DNA from: Promethearchaeia archaeon
Lineage (GTDB): Archaea > Asgardarchaeota > Lokiarchaeia > Sigyniarchaeales > SOKP01
Length of the DNA: 21,176 nucleotides
NCBI GenBank assembly: GCA_029856045.1
Contig: JAHQWG010000042.1
Span: forward strand, 1 to 21,176
Direction of reading: 5' to 3'
Shown here in pieces: positions 1 through 8,439 of this stretch (the stretch's first letter is position 1; each line of letters starts with the position of its first letter). A program made the position numbers and the translations under genes. The notes beneath the pieces are model-generated. The model worked only from the letters and a program-made list of their open reading frames with translations, was not told the origin of the DNA and ran no database searches.

Positions 1-531
1 CCTGAAGGGTGTTATACCTGAACCACCTGCAATTCCAACTATCTCATTTAAATCACGTACATCATCAAAATACATATTTCCGTGTGGACCAGATACCGAA
101 ATAATACTTCCTATTTTCCATTTTTCGAAAATCTCTGCTGATAAAAAGCCATCGTCTTTAATTTTAATTGTTAGTTCATAAAACCCATTTTCAAGAATGT
201 CTGATGGCGCTGAAGAGATCGAGTAGGGTCTAGTTACCTTGACACCATTTAAATTAACTTTAACACTGAGATATTGTCCAGCGCGAAATAGAGGTAATCT
301 TTTCAACTCAGAATCCGGTGTAAGTTTCAATCTGTAAGTTTTTGTGGTTTTAGTGACGTCTATAATGTCCGTTATTATCAATTGGAAATTTTTTGAGTGT
401 AAACCTTTTGATAATTCTTCTATTGGATCTTCGACATCTGGTATAGGAGATGCATTTTTCCAGCGCTTTTTTCGCTCACGTTGCATTTTGGAGGCTTGTG
501 CCATATCTTTTGACCTACCATATACTTCCAT
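1..531 (-). CDS. FNR-type FAD/NAD(P)H-binding oxidoreductase (ferredoxin-NADP reductase / flavodoxin reductase family), 3' end outside the window
   Basis: Not in the ORF track. Manual translation from ATG 531 gives MEVYGRSKDMAQ...FRAGQYLSV...RPYSISSAP...GFLS...GPHGNMYF...IAGGSGITPFR, with the RxYS(I) FAD motif, GxxS and the AGGxGITP NAD motif. An SD-like GGAGGT overlaps the end of the upstream gene. Confidence 0.9.
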   Translation of the reverse strand, partial: MEVYGRSKDMAQASKMQRERKKRWKNASPIPDVEDPIEELSKGLHSKNFQLIITDIIDVTKTTKTYRLKLTPDSELKRLPLFRAGQYLSVKVNLNGVKVTRPYSISSAPSDILENGFYELTIKIKDDGFLSAEIFEKWKIGSIISVSGPHGNMYFDDVRDLNEIVGIAGGSGITPFR

Positions 532-535
532 ATTT

Positions 536-2116
536 TCAACCTCCCTCTTTTTTCATTTTCCATAGAACAGATCGCGCTGCTTGACGTCCTGAAATTAGAG
601 AGCTATTATATCCATGACCCATTGCTGCAAAACCCCCAGCAAATTCTAGACCTTTAAAGAATTCTTCTTTATTTTTTACTTGTGATCTTATAACTAAACT
701 GTCCCAAGGATCCAAATCATAACCATAAACTCCACCTTTAAATGAACCAGTATAACGTGAGAATGTTTGTGGCGTTGCAACCTCGATTTCTTCGATATGT
801 TCAAAAATTGGAGAACCTATTGCTTTACTTACTTGCTCAATCATTTGCCTAGCTAATTCATTTTTGGTAGTGAAATATGTTTCGGGAGTAATATTCTTCC
901 AAATATCAATTCCAAAAGCAGTTGTGATTGACAAAATGGTAGTTCCCGGTGGAGAACAGTCTGGTATAGCGTTATTTAGACAGATACTAGCTGTTAATTC
1001 AGGTGGCTTCTCACATTGTAACATACTTTTAGTAATTTTTTCCGTGTCCATATGAGGGCTAATGAAATATCCATAACTTTCAAGATTCAAATCTTTAGGT
1101 GAAGCATCTAAACCCATGTAGACAACAAATGCTGAAACACCAAGACGCCTAGAATTGTTAAGTTTGTATGCCTCTTCAGGAACTGCACTTGCTGGAGAAA
1201 TCAATTTGCCATAAACCAGATGAGGGGAACAATTTGTTATGACATAATTTGTCTTAATTTTCTCACCATCATCAGTCTCAACACCGATAACCTTATTATT
1301 TTCAACCAATATACTTTGTACTCTAGTGTTGTATTCAGTTTGACCTCCAAGTTCTCTGATTCTAGCATCGATAGCCGCACACATTTGGTGTGATGTTCCT
1401 TTGGGGATATATGCGCCCTGGGTAATATAGAGATGGAGTAATGATGCCCATATTGTAAAATCTAACCTTGAAGCTGGCAAACCCATATAGCAGGAATAAG
1501 GGTATAAAAGATCTAATGTTTTTTTCGGAAATCCGAATTTATTTGTTACTTCTGCTGCACTATAGCCAGAAGTAGTTAAAAAGGATGTATATTTAGTCAT
1601 TAAAGTCTTGTAATCGATATTTCCTTTGGATCGGGCAACAAATGTCAATGCTTCACTGCACTCCCTACAAAGATCGAAATATTTAACCAAGCGTCCTCTA
1701 GGTGTTTCTGGTACCGCAGAACATACTGCATCGATAAAATTTTCTACGCCAAACGGTAAATTGACGTTAATTTTATGTTCTTCACCTGTTAAAATCAAAT
1801 GATAAGCTTCTGGAACCCTTATGAATTCCACATCTACACCAGATTCATCATGAAGGATATATCTAATGGGACCTTTAAGTTCACCTTCAGGTGGTCCAAC
1901 AGCACACATTTCATGAAGTGATATCTCAAATTCAAATCTACCGCGTACAAAACTCGAAGCGAAACCGCCAGGTAAATTATGTTGCTCTAAAAGAAGTACC
2001 CTTTTTTGTGATAAAGCTAAATTAAGCGCTGCACCGAGACCACCGAGTCCTGCACCGATGACAACTACATCATATGATGCATCAAAACTTGAACTTTTAT
2101 GAATAGTACTACTCAT
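536..2116 (-). CDS. Phytoene dehydrogenase-like (CrtI/CrtISO/RetSat superfamily, COG1233) NAD(P)/FAD-dependent oxidoreductase
   Basis: N-terminal DVVVIGAGLGGL...LLEQHNLPGG...F.RG.F.F Rossmann motif; C-terminal TPQTFSRYT...GGVYG and GLEFAG...GHG.....SG motifs; 526 aa. Confidence 0.88.
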   Translation of the reverse strand: MSSTIHKSSSFDASYDVVVIGAGLGGLGAALNLALSQKRVLLLEQHNLPGGFASSFVRGRFEFEISLHEMCAVGPPEGELKGPIRYILHDESGVDVEFIRVPEAYHLILTGEEHKINVNLPFGVENFIDAVCSAVPETPRGRLVKYFDLCRECSEALTFVARSKGNIDYKTLMTKYTSFLTTSGYSAAEVTNKFGFPKKTLDLLYPYSCYMGLPASRLDFTIWASLLHLYITQGAYIPKGTSHQMCAAIDARIRELGGQTEYNTRVQSILVENNKVIGVETDDGEKIKTNYVITNCSPHLVYGKLISPASAVPEEAYKLNNSRRLGVSAFVVYMGLDASPKDLNLESYGYFISPHMDTEKITKSMLQCEKPPELTASICLNNAIPDCSPPGTTILSITTAFGIDIWKNITPETYFTTKNELARQMIEQVSKAIGSPIFEHIEEIEVATPQTFSRYTGSFKGGVYGYDLDPWDSLVIRSQVKNKEEFFKGLEFAGGFAAMGHGYNSSLISGRQAARSVLWKMKKEGG

Positions 2117-2138
2117 AATTTAATATTCTTTTTTTTAA

Positions 2139-2146
2139 TTATAAAA
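2139..2146 (-). promoter_or_regulatory. Putative TATA box (TTTTATAA), probably a leaderless or short-leader transcript of the oxidoreductase pair
   Basis: Ends about 22 nt upstream of ATG 2116, typical archaeal spacing; the AT-rich background lowers certainty. Confidence 0.4.
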
Positions 2147-2171
2147 CTTGAATATTGGAATTTAAATAAAA

Positions 2172-3083
2172 TCATAATTTAGAAAAAAAATCTTTTATTC
2201 CATCTGTAGCATCTATAATGAAATCTGCTGGATTTAAACCAAAATAATGTTGAATAATATTTAATACAAAATTCAAGTATCTAGATGTGATTTTAATCTT
2301 AAATCTTCGATTCAATTCACTTATGACATTTTTTTTAAACCACTTCTTTTTACCTTCGCCAGCCTCTTCTTCAAGAAAATTTTTTAGATTAATCACTACA
2401 GAATAAATTTTTTGAATCTCATTTTTTAAAATTATTAAAGAAGTTGTTGGATCATATTGTTTAAAAGCTTTTTTTACTATTTCTGCTTCATAAATTAATA
2501 AATTTTGTGAAATCCTCTTATTTTCCCCTTCTAATATTGTTTCTGAACTAATATCTAAAACTAATATGTCTTTATATTTTTTTATATTTGATTTATATTC
2601 TTTCATGTTTCCCACAGTTATATGCATCTCAAAAGCATTCCTTGTAATTTCTTCAAAAACTTGCACTATCTGATCATATATATCTTGAATATCGTACACT
2701 AAATGGATCGGTTTTTTTAATAATATCGCATGGATTATGTATGCAAAAATCTTTCTTTGTAAAATACTCCGGACAATGTTATAATCTTCATCCGAAATTT
2801 TTTTCTCTTCTATAACCAGTTCATCTTCTTTAGTAGGAACTTTTTTTTCTACTACTTCAATCCCTTCTAAAGTTATATCTGGAATAAAATAATCCCGTAC
2901 TACAAAATTTTTATCAACATAGGCTATAAATGAATCAGAACAAAGTTGATTTTTAGTAACTTCAATAGCGCAAACTCCTCTACTACTAGATTCAATTACT
3001 TTCCTTGCAACTTGAATCTGTCCTTTCTTTCCACATATGGGACATTGAATACGAATCTTTTTAAAAATATCAGAGTTATCCAT
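2172..3083 (-). CDS. Hypothetical protein with N-terminal Zn-ribbon-like domain (Lokiarchaeia-type family)
   Basis: CPICGKKG...RGVCAIEV...LCSDSFIAYVDKNFVVRDY pattern followed by a soluble alpha/beta region; 303 aa. Confidence 0.75.
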   Translation of the reverse strand: MDNSDIFKKIRIQCPICGKKGQIQVARKVIESSSRGVCAIEVTKNQLCSDSFIAYVDKNFVVRDYFIPDITLEGIEVVEKKVPTKEDELVIEEKKISDEDYNIVRSILQRKIFAYIIHAILLKKPIHLVYDIQDIYDQIVQVFEEITRNAFEMHITVGNMKEYKSNIKKYKDILVLDISSETILEGENKRISQNLLIYEAEIVKKAFKQYDPTTSLIILKNEIQKIYSVVINLKNFLEEEAGEGKKKWFKKNVISELNRRFKIKITSRYLNFVLNIIQHYFGLNPADFIIDATDGIKDFFSKL

Positions 3084-3153
3084 TAAAGCTATCTGATTAT
3101 CTATCCACTTAATAATATATATAATTTATATATTTTTTTAAGAATACAAAACT

Positions 3154-3621
3154 TTATTTCTTTATTTTTGCCCAATTTCGCTCGATAAAATGAGCAATGA
3201 ATATACAGCTTATAGTTGATATATTCTCTGCAATTATAAACGATTGAAAAGAATTTAAAGATATACTACAAATAAAAAATGATAAAACATAAATTAGCGT
3301 AAAGCTCAAAAAACATAATATTAAGGGTTTAGTAATAGGAAATGAGAAAAATTTAGTTTCTTTTCCTGATTTCTTTCTAAATTGGCTTTTTATTTTTCGA
3401 CGTCTTTCGACATCTGCTATACTTTCAAAAATTATTACTGCAGCTAAAATAAGCCCAATCGTCACACCTATTGGGATTAAAATTACAGCATAAATCGAGC
3501 CGATTAGAAAAACGTATTGAGCTATTAATATATAAATGACTTGAAATAAGCCACAAAACCCGATTATCATTAATCCCAATCCCAAGAATTTTCCGTGCAC
3601 CCATCTTATTCTAATTGGCAT
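3154..3621 (-). CDS. Hypothetical 4-TM membrane protein
   Basis: 155 aa; two hydrophobic hairpins separated by a basic loop (RRRKIKSQFRKKSGK). Confidence 0.75.
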   Translation of the reverse strand: MPIRIRWVHGKFLGLGLMIIGFCGLFQVIYILIAQYVFLIGSIYAVILIPIGVTIGLILAAVIIFESIADVERRRKIKSQFRKKSGKETKFFSFPITKPLILCFLSFTLIYVLSFFICSISLNSFQSFIIAENISTISCIFIAHFIERNWAKIKK

Positions 3622-3767
3622 AAAAGTCGCTAATTCTTAATTAATTATTTATTCTATTCCTTCGAAATATTTAATTTTTTTGATTTAAATTTTTTTTAAC
3701 ATAAATTTTTATTTAACATAGTCTTTTTTAAGCATTAGGAGGAGAAATTTTTAAGTAAAATAATACG

Positions 3768-4502
3768 ATGATTGAAATCTGGAAATTAAAACAAATTATA
3801 AACATACTTACCAATAAAAAATTTAGATTTTTTATTTGTTTAGTAATCTCCATTATTTTAACATCACATATCTTTGACAAATTAATATTACCACTTACAA
3901 TAGGGGTTATTATTACCACTTTTATTCTACTTGTTATATTTATTTTTGGAATAGTTCAAACTATATCAGTAATAATCTCTTATTTGTTAAAAAATGAAGA
4001 AAAAGAAATGGTTCGAAATATTAGGAATGAGGCAATTAAACAAAATTTGATTAAATTAATTTTAAAATTTGAGGAGCTTAAATTTTTTAAAATGGATGGT
4101 GCTTCACAATCTCTTCTTGATAATAAAGAATATTTATTGAAAATAACTCACATTTTTAATCAAATGAATCAATATATTAAAGAAATAGAAGATAATCGTG
4201 CATATGAAATTTTTTTTTTATATACAATTAATAGAATGAAAACTGAATTCAAGTATTTAAAGAAAGTAGCAAAAAAAGCACAAGACTTTTGTGTTGTTTG
4301 TGGCCAAGTAATTGAATTTCCTGAAGTATTTCCAAAAGGTTTTCCTGATGATAAGAAAATATGCTGTTTATGTAGGGATTCATGGCTTTATCATTACGAC
4401 AAGAATTATAAGTCTCGCAATTTTAGAAAATCGGATTATAAATTGAAAGACCACTATAAAGAATATAAAGATAAACTTGAAAGTTTATTTTTAATACAGT
4501 AA
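3768..4502 (+). CDS. Hypothetical membrane-anchored protein with C-terminal CxxC...CCxC motif
   Basis: 244 aa ORF with two N-terminal hydrophobic segments, a helical middle, and FCVVCG...KICCLCRD near the C-terminus. Confidence 0.7.
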   Translation: MIEIWKLKQIINILTNKKFRFFICLVISIILTSHIFDKLILPLTIGVIITTFILLVIFIFGIVQTISVIISYLLKNEEKEMVRNIRNEAIKQNLIKLILKFEELKFFKMDGASQSLLDNKEYLLKITHIFNQMNQYIKEIEDNRAYEIFFLYTINRMKTEFKYLKKVAKKAQDFCVVCGQVIEFPEVFPKGFPDDKKICCLCRDSWLYHYDKNYKSRNFRKSDYKLKDHYKEYKDKLESLFLIQ

Positions 4503-4529
4503 TTCAGTTCTATTAAATATTAACACTTC

Positions 4530-4736
4530 CTACATTCGAATTGGAATTCTAGCTTTAGCACGTATTAATTCAAATTCTCGAAAGGTTAAACGAGATATTT
4601 CTAATGCTTTTCCAATTGAAATCTCACCACGCATGTAGAGTTCTAATGCGTCCTGAATTTTCTTTGAAAGAGAATAAAAGTATTCCCGTTCTATTGGTTT
4701 TATTAAATTCTCTTCCGAAAACTAATATTTTTTCAT
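4530..4736 (-). CDS. UPF0175-family small HTH protein (putative antitoxin-like); in-frame TAG at codon 5, so possibly a pseudogene or non-canonical start
   Basis: Manual translation MKKY*FSEENLIKPIEREYFYSLSKKIQDALELYMRGEISIGKALEISRLTFREFELIRAKARIPIRM*. The ALELY..GEISIGKA.E...L...EF......IP pattern is the UPF0175 signature. Confidence 0.7.
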
Positions 4737-4857
4737 ATTTCTTTTCTGAACCAAATTAATAACCTTAAATCCTTATGAAAAATAAAAAATTTATTCTCTA
4801 ATATATTTTTTATTCTTTATTCTATAGATCTCGAAATAAATGAGACTTATATTAAAA

Positions 4858-4930
4858 TGGGCCGAAGGGGACTTGAACCCCCGACCTTCCGCACGTCAAG
4901 CGGACGTCATAACGACTAGACCATCGGCCC
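4858..4930 (-). tRNA. tRNA-Val: tRNA-Val(GAC), no intron, CCA not encoded
   Basis: Reverse complement GGGCCGA TG GTCT AGTCGTTA TGAC G TCCGC TTGACGT GCGGA AGGTC GGGGG TTCAAGT CCCCT TCGGCCC A folds into a cloverleaf with anticodon GAC and discriminator A. Confidence 0.96.
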
Positions 4931-4957
4931 TTGATTGTTTAATATTATAAGTAGAAT

Positions 4958-4965
4958 TATTTAAA
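4958..4965 (-). promoter_or_regulatory. Putative TATA box (TTTAAATA) for tRNA-Val
   Basis: Archaeal consensus TTTAWATA located 28-35 nt upstream of the mature tRNA 5' end. Confidence 0.55.
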
Positions 4966-5141
4966 AAACGTTTATCTTAAATAAATAATCTAACATTTTT
5001 AAAAGATTTTTTTATAGGGATTATTATGAAACTTATTTGTAAAACAAATCAATTAGAGTTAAAGAAAAATCAAAAACAAATTGAGATAATTATTGGATTA
5101 AATCCAAATATTTTTGAATTTTTTTCCTTTAAATTAATATT

Positions 5142-6551
5142 ATGAAAGTGGCTTTTGGTAAGGTAAATTTAACACCAAAGGATTATATTGGCAAGGCAAT
5201 GGCGGGTTATACCCGAACTAAGCCATGTTTAGGGAAATTAGACGATATTTATGCTTATGGCATTTTAATAGAAAATAAAGAGCTACATAATAATAGCAAT
5301 AGATTACTACTCATTTCTACTGATTTATTAAAAATCCCATTGAGCGTATCTAATTATATTAAAGAAAGAATTCAACAATTCATGCCGATTAATCCAGAAC
5401 AGATTCTAATCCATGCAACCCACACGCATTCCTCTTTTGATTTAACCGGAGAGTTTTATTGGCAGGGAGGAGTTCTAAATGTGATGAAGGGAGTTATGTT
5501 TGGTGCTAATAGAAATGATAAATATCTCGTTTGGATGACTAAAGAAATTGTAAAAATGGTTAGCCAATTGGTTAAAGATTTAATCCCATGCAAAATAGCT
5601 TGGACTAAAAAGCAAATTGATGAAAATATCATCATTAACCGACGTCATCCTACTCGGCGATCAAAGTCTGATTTGGGCGTGATTGCTTTTCGTAATTTAA
5701 AAGATAATAATTTAATTGGAATAATAATAAATTTTTCTTGCCATCCAACGACATTATCATTTCTAAATAACAAATTATCGGCTGATTTCCCTGGTAGGAT
5801 TGTTTTTAAAATTCAAAAATTAACCAAAGAGCGTGTAAATGCAGTTTTTTTTAATAGTTATGCTGGCGATTTAAATCCTATTACTACGTGTGGAACAGAT
5901 TTTGAGAATCTAAATAATAATAAAACTCTTATTTATGATCAGTTAGGAACTTACAAACATACAAAAGAGATTGGATATTTCTTAGGAAAACAAGCGTTAC
6001 ACCTTGCACAATCAATACCTCACGTAGATTATTTTGAAATTGTCGAATTAGATTTCTATATTAAAGATTTTTGGATTCCCATGAAAGATTTTAAATATTT
6101 TTCAAAAACATGGTTGAAGAATAAGCTTCTTTTTTTATTGAAAAAATACTTATTAATCCCAGTTACAATAATATCTGGTAAGAATCCAAATTTTTCTGCA
6201 TTTCATATAAAATATAAAGGTTTGAAGGCAAAATGTAACACAATTATACAATACCTTGAAATTAAAGCATCTTCTGAATTAAAATCTAAAACTCTTGGTA
6301 TTATAACAGCACCCGGTGAATTATTTGAAGAAATTGGAAAGAATTTGCTTAAGAAATCTCCAATTGGAAAAGAAAATACCTTTATCTTCCAAAATAGCAA
6401 CGATTGGATTTCATACTTATTTCCAACTAAAGAGTATATTGAAGTGGGAGGATATGAACCTTTCCCTAGTTTTTCACCTGTAAGTGGCGTTTATGTAGAA
6501 AAAGAAATATTAAAATTATTCGAAGAAATTAAAAATAAAATATTTAAATAA
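5142..6551 (+). CDS. Neutral/alkaline ceramidase-like metal-dependent amidohydrolase (N-terminal catalytic domain family)
   Basis: Motifs ATHTHSS, NFSCHPT, SADFPG, AGDLNP, PGELF and GGYE; no signal peptide; 469 aa. Confidence 0.85.
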   Translation: MKVAFGKVNLTPKDYIGKAMAGYTRTKPCLGKLDDIYAYGILIENKELHNNSNRLLLISTDLLKIPLSVSNYIKERIQQFMPINPEQILIHATHTHSSFDLTGEFYWQGGVLNVMKGVMFGANRNDKYLVWMTKEIVKMVSQLVKDLIPCKIAWTKKQIDENIIINRRHPTRRSKSDLGVIAFRNLKDNNLIGIIINFSCHPTTLSFLNNKLSADFPGRIVFKIQKLTKERVNAVFFNSYAGDLNPITTCGTDFENLNNNKTLIYDQLGTYKHTKEIGYFLGKQALHLAQSIPHVDYFEIVELDFYIKDFWIPMKDFKYFSKTWLKNKLLFLLKKYLLIPVTIISGKNPNFSAFHIKYKGLKAKCNTIIQYLEIKASSELKSKTLGIITAPGELFEEIGKNLLKKSPIGKENTFIFQNSNDWISYLFPTKEYIEVGGYEPFPSFSPVSGVYVEKEILKLFEEIKNKIFK

Positions 6552-6586
6552 TTAGAAAATTTAAAAAGAGATTAATTAGGTTATTT

Positions 6587-8275
6587 TTAATCTATATCCC
6601 ATTTTCCTTGTTCTCTTGCCTTCTTAACTTCTTGTTCAACTCGCTCCTTCAAAACTTTATAATCGGTTTTAGCAACTCTATTTAATGGCATCTCATCAAT
6701 AAATACAATTAGGGAGGGTCTTTTATATGATGCAATTTGTTTGCAATGTTCCATCACCTGTTCTTCAGTTAATTTCGCTTCGGTTTTTAATTGAACATAT
6801 GCTACAATTCCTTCAGTAAAAATATTATGTTGAGCGCCAACGACTCCTACTGAAGTGACTCCATCCAACTTTGATATATGTTCTTCAACTTCAATTGGGA
6901 ATACATTATATCCTTTGGGTTTTATCATTAATTTAGCCCTTCCAGCTAAATGAAGGTTATTTTTCTCATCTTTAAATCCTAAATCTCCTGTATAAAGCAC
7001 ACCCTCAGTAGAAATTGTTTTTCTTGTAGCTTCTTCATTCCCGAAATATCCCTTGAATACCTGAGGTCCTGTATAACAAATTTCGCCGATTTGTCCCACA
7101 GATAATTCATCACCAGCAGAGCCATCCTCTTTCATTGGTTTCCGGATACTTAATGGAGTGATTGAGTAATCATGACCCAAATTATCAAGAATATCATCAA
7201 CTGTTCCATCTAATGGAGTATATGAGCAAAATCCTGAAATTTCTGTTAATCCTAAACCTGAGCCAAATTTAGGTGCCATTTTTGAAAGCTTTTCTAGGAA
7301 AATCCTAGTTACCTGCTGTCCTCCATAAAGAGCGAATTTCAGACTTGATATGTCAAATTTATCATAATCAGGCAAGCGCCACTGCATTTCAAAAAGCGCG
7401 GGTATCTGTCCCATTGCTGAAATTTTATATTTTTGGATTGCTTCTAATGATTTTCTTGCATCGAATATATGTAAAACTACTGCTGTCCCGCCTACATATA
7501 ATGTTGTCATTAATTGTTCAGCATTTCCACCCACATGACTTGGAGGTAGATTAACAAGCATTAAATCTCCCTCCTCGATGGCAAAACCTTTCGAAAGACA
7601 CATATTCTGAGAAGTAATTCCAATATTTGTTAACATTGCAGGTTTCGGCCATCCCGTTGTTCCTGTGGTAAAAACAATTAAAATTGGATCATCTTCTTTA
7701 ACCTTAGCACATTCAGCTACAAAAATCTTCATTTCTTCTGGACTTTGCATTACAATTATTGCTTCTTCCTTAGCTTGTGCTGCAAATTCATATGCTGGGA
7801 TAATCCCTTTTCTTACCCTATCACTGGGAGGGCTAAATTGAATAAAGTAATCAATCCAAGGACAATTATCTTTAACTGCTTTCCCTATCATACCAAAGTT
7901 AGCCACAGAGGTCTTACCGAGATGACAATACATTTTCGTTTTTTCTTTCAATAAACCCATATTCCTCAAAATTTCTTGTGGTTTAAGCCTTAAATCGAGT
8001 GGGCACCATATTACTCCAAGTTTAGCACAAGCATATGCCAAGTATATATGTTCCATAAAATAGGGAAGCGAAGTAACTAAAATATCTCCCTTTTTAAAAC
8101 CCATCTTCCATAATTTTATTGCATAGATATTTATTGCCTGATTGAACTCTTTCCAAGTAATTCTTTTATCAGCATCAGCATCAATGAGGGCGATTGCACT
8201 TGGTTTTTCCTTTGCCCATTTTTCTATAACCTTACAAATAAAATGAGGAAGTTGAGCGAATTCCTCTTCTGACAT
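6587..8275 (-). CDS. Class I adenylate-forming enzyme, acyl-CoA synthetase / fatty-acid-CoA ligase family
   Basis: P-loop FTTGTTGWPK, GLTE, YTGDLG, hinge GRAK.MI..KG.NV.P.EVE, and terminal P.N..AK lysine. Confidence 0.92.
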   Translation of the reverse strand: MSEEEFAQLPHFICKVIEKWAKEKPSAIALIDADADKRITWKEFNQAINIYAIKLWKMGFKKGDILVTSLPYFMEHIYLAYACAKLGVIWCPLDLRLKPQEILRNMGLLKEKTKMYCHLGKTSVANFGMIGKAVKDNCPWIDYFIQFSPPSDRVRKGIIPAYEFAAQAKEEAIIVMQSPEEMKIFVAECAKVKEDDPILIVFTTGTTGWPKPAMLTNIGITSQNMCLSKGFAIEEGDLMLVNLPPSHVGGNAEQLMTTLYVGGTAVVLHIFDARKSLEAIQKYKISAMGQIPALFEMQWRLPDYDKFDISSLKFALYGGQQVTRIFLEKLSKMAPKFGSGLGLTEISGFCSYTPLDGTVDDILDNLGHDYSITPLSIRKPMKEDGSAGDELSVGQIGEICYTGPQVFKGYFGNEEATRKTISTEGVLYTGDLGFKDEKNNLHLAGRAKLMIKPKGYNVFPIEVEEHISKLDGVTSVGVVGAQHNIFTEGIVAYVQLKTEAKLTEEQVMEHCKQIASYKRPSLIVFIDEMPLNRVAKTDYKVLKERVEQEVKKAREQGKWDID

Positions 8276-8439
8276 ATTTATTGCATTTTTTTTTTTGTTT
8301 TTTATTAAATTTTATTTATAAATTATTTGATAATAATGTTATTATTACGTTAAAATAGAAATTTCTCAAAAAGCTATAAAATTTTTATAATATTATTCAA
8401 AAATTTGTTTAAAAGGGAAAAAAAATAAAGTTTTTTAAA

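Noticed and set aside
3622-4857. Possible integrated element at the tRNA-Val 3' end
   Set aside because: No duplicated tRNA 3' fragment (att site) and no integrase found in the window; kept only as a weak islet hypothesis.
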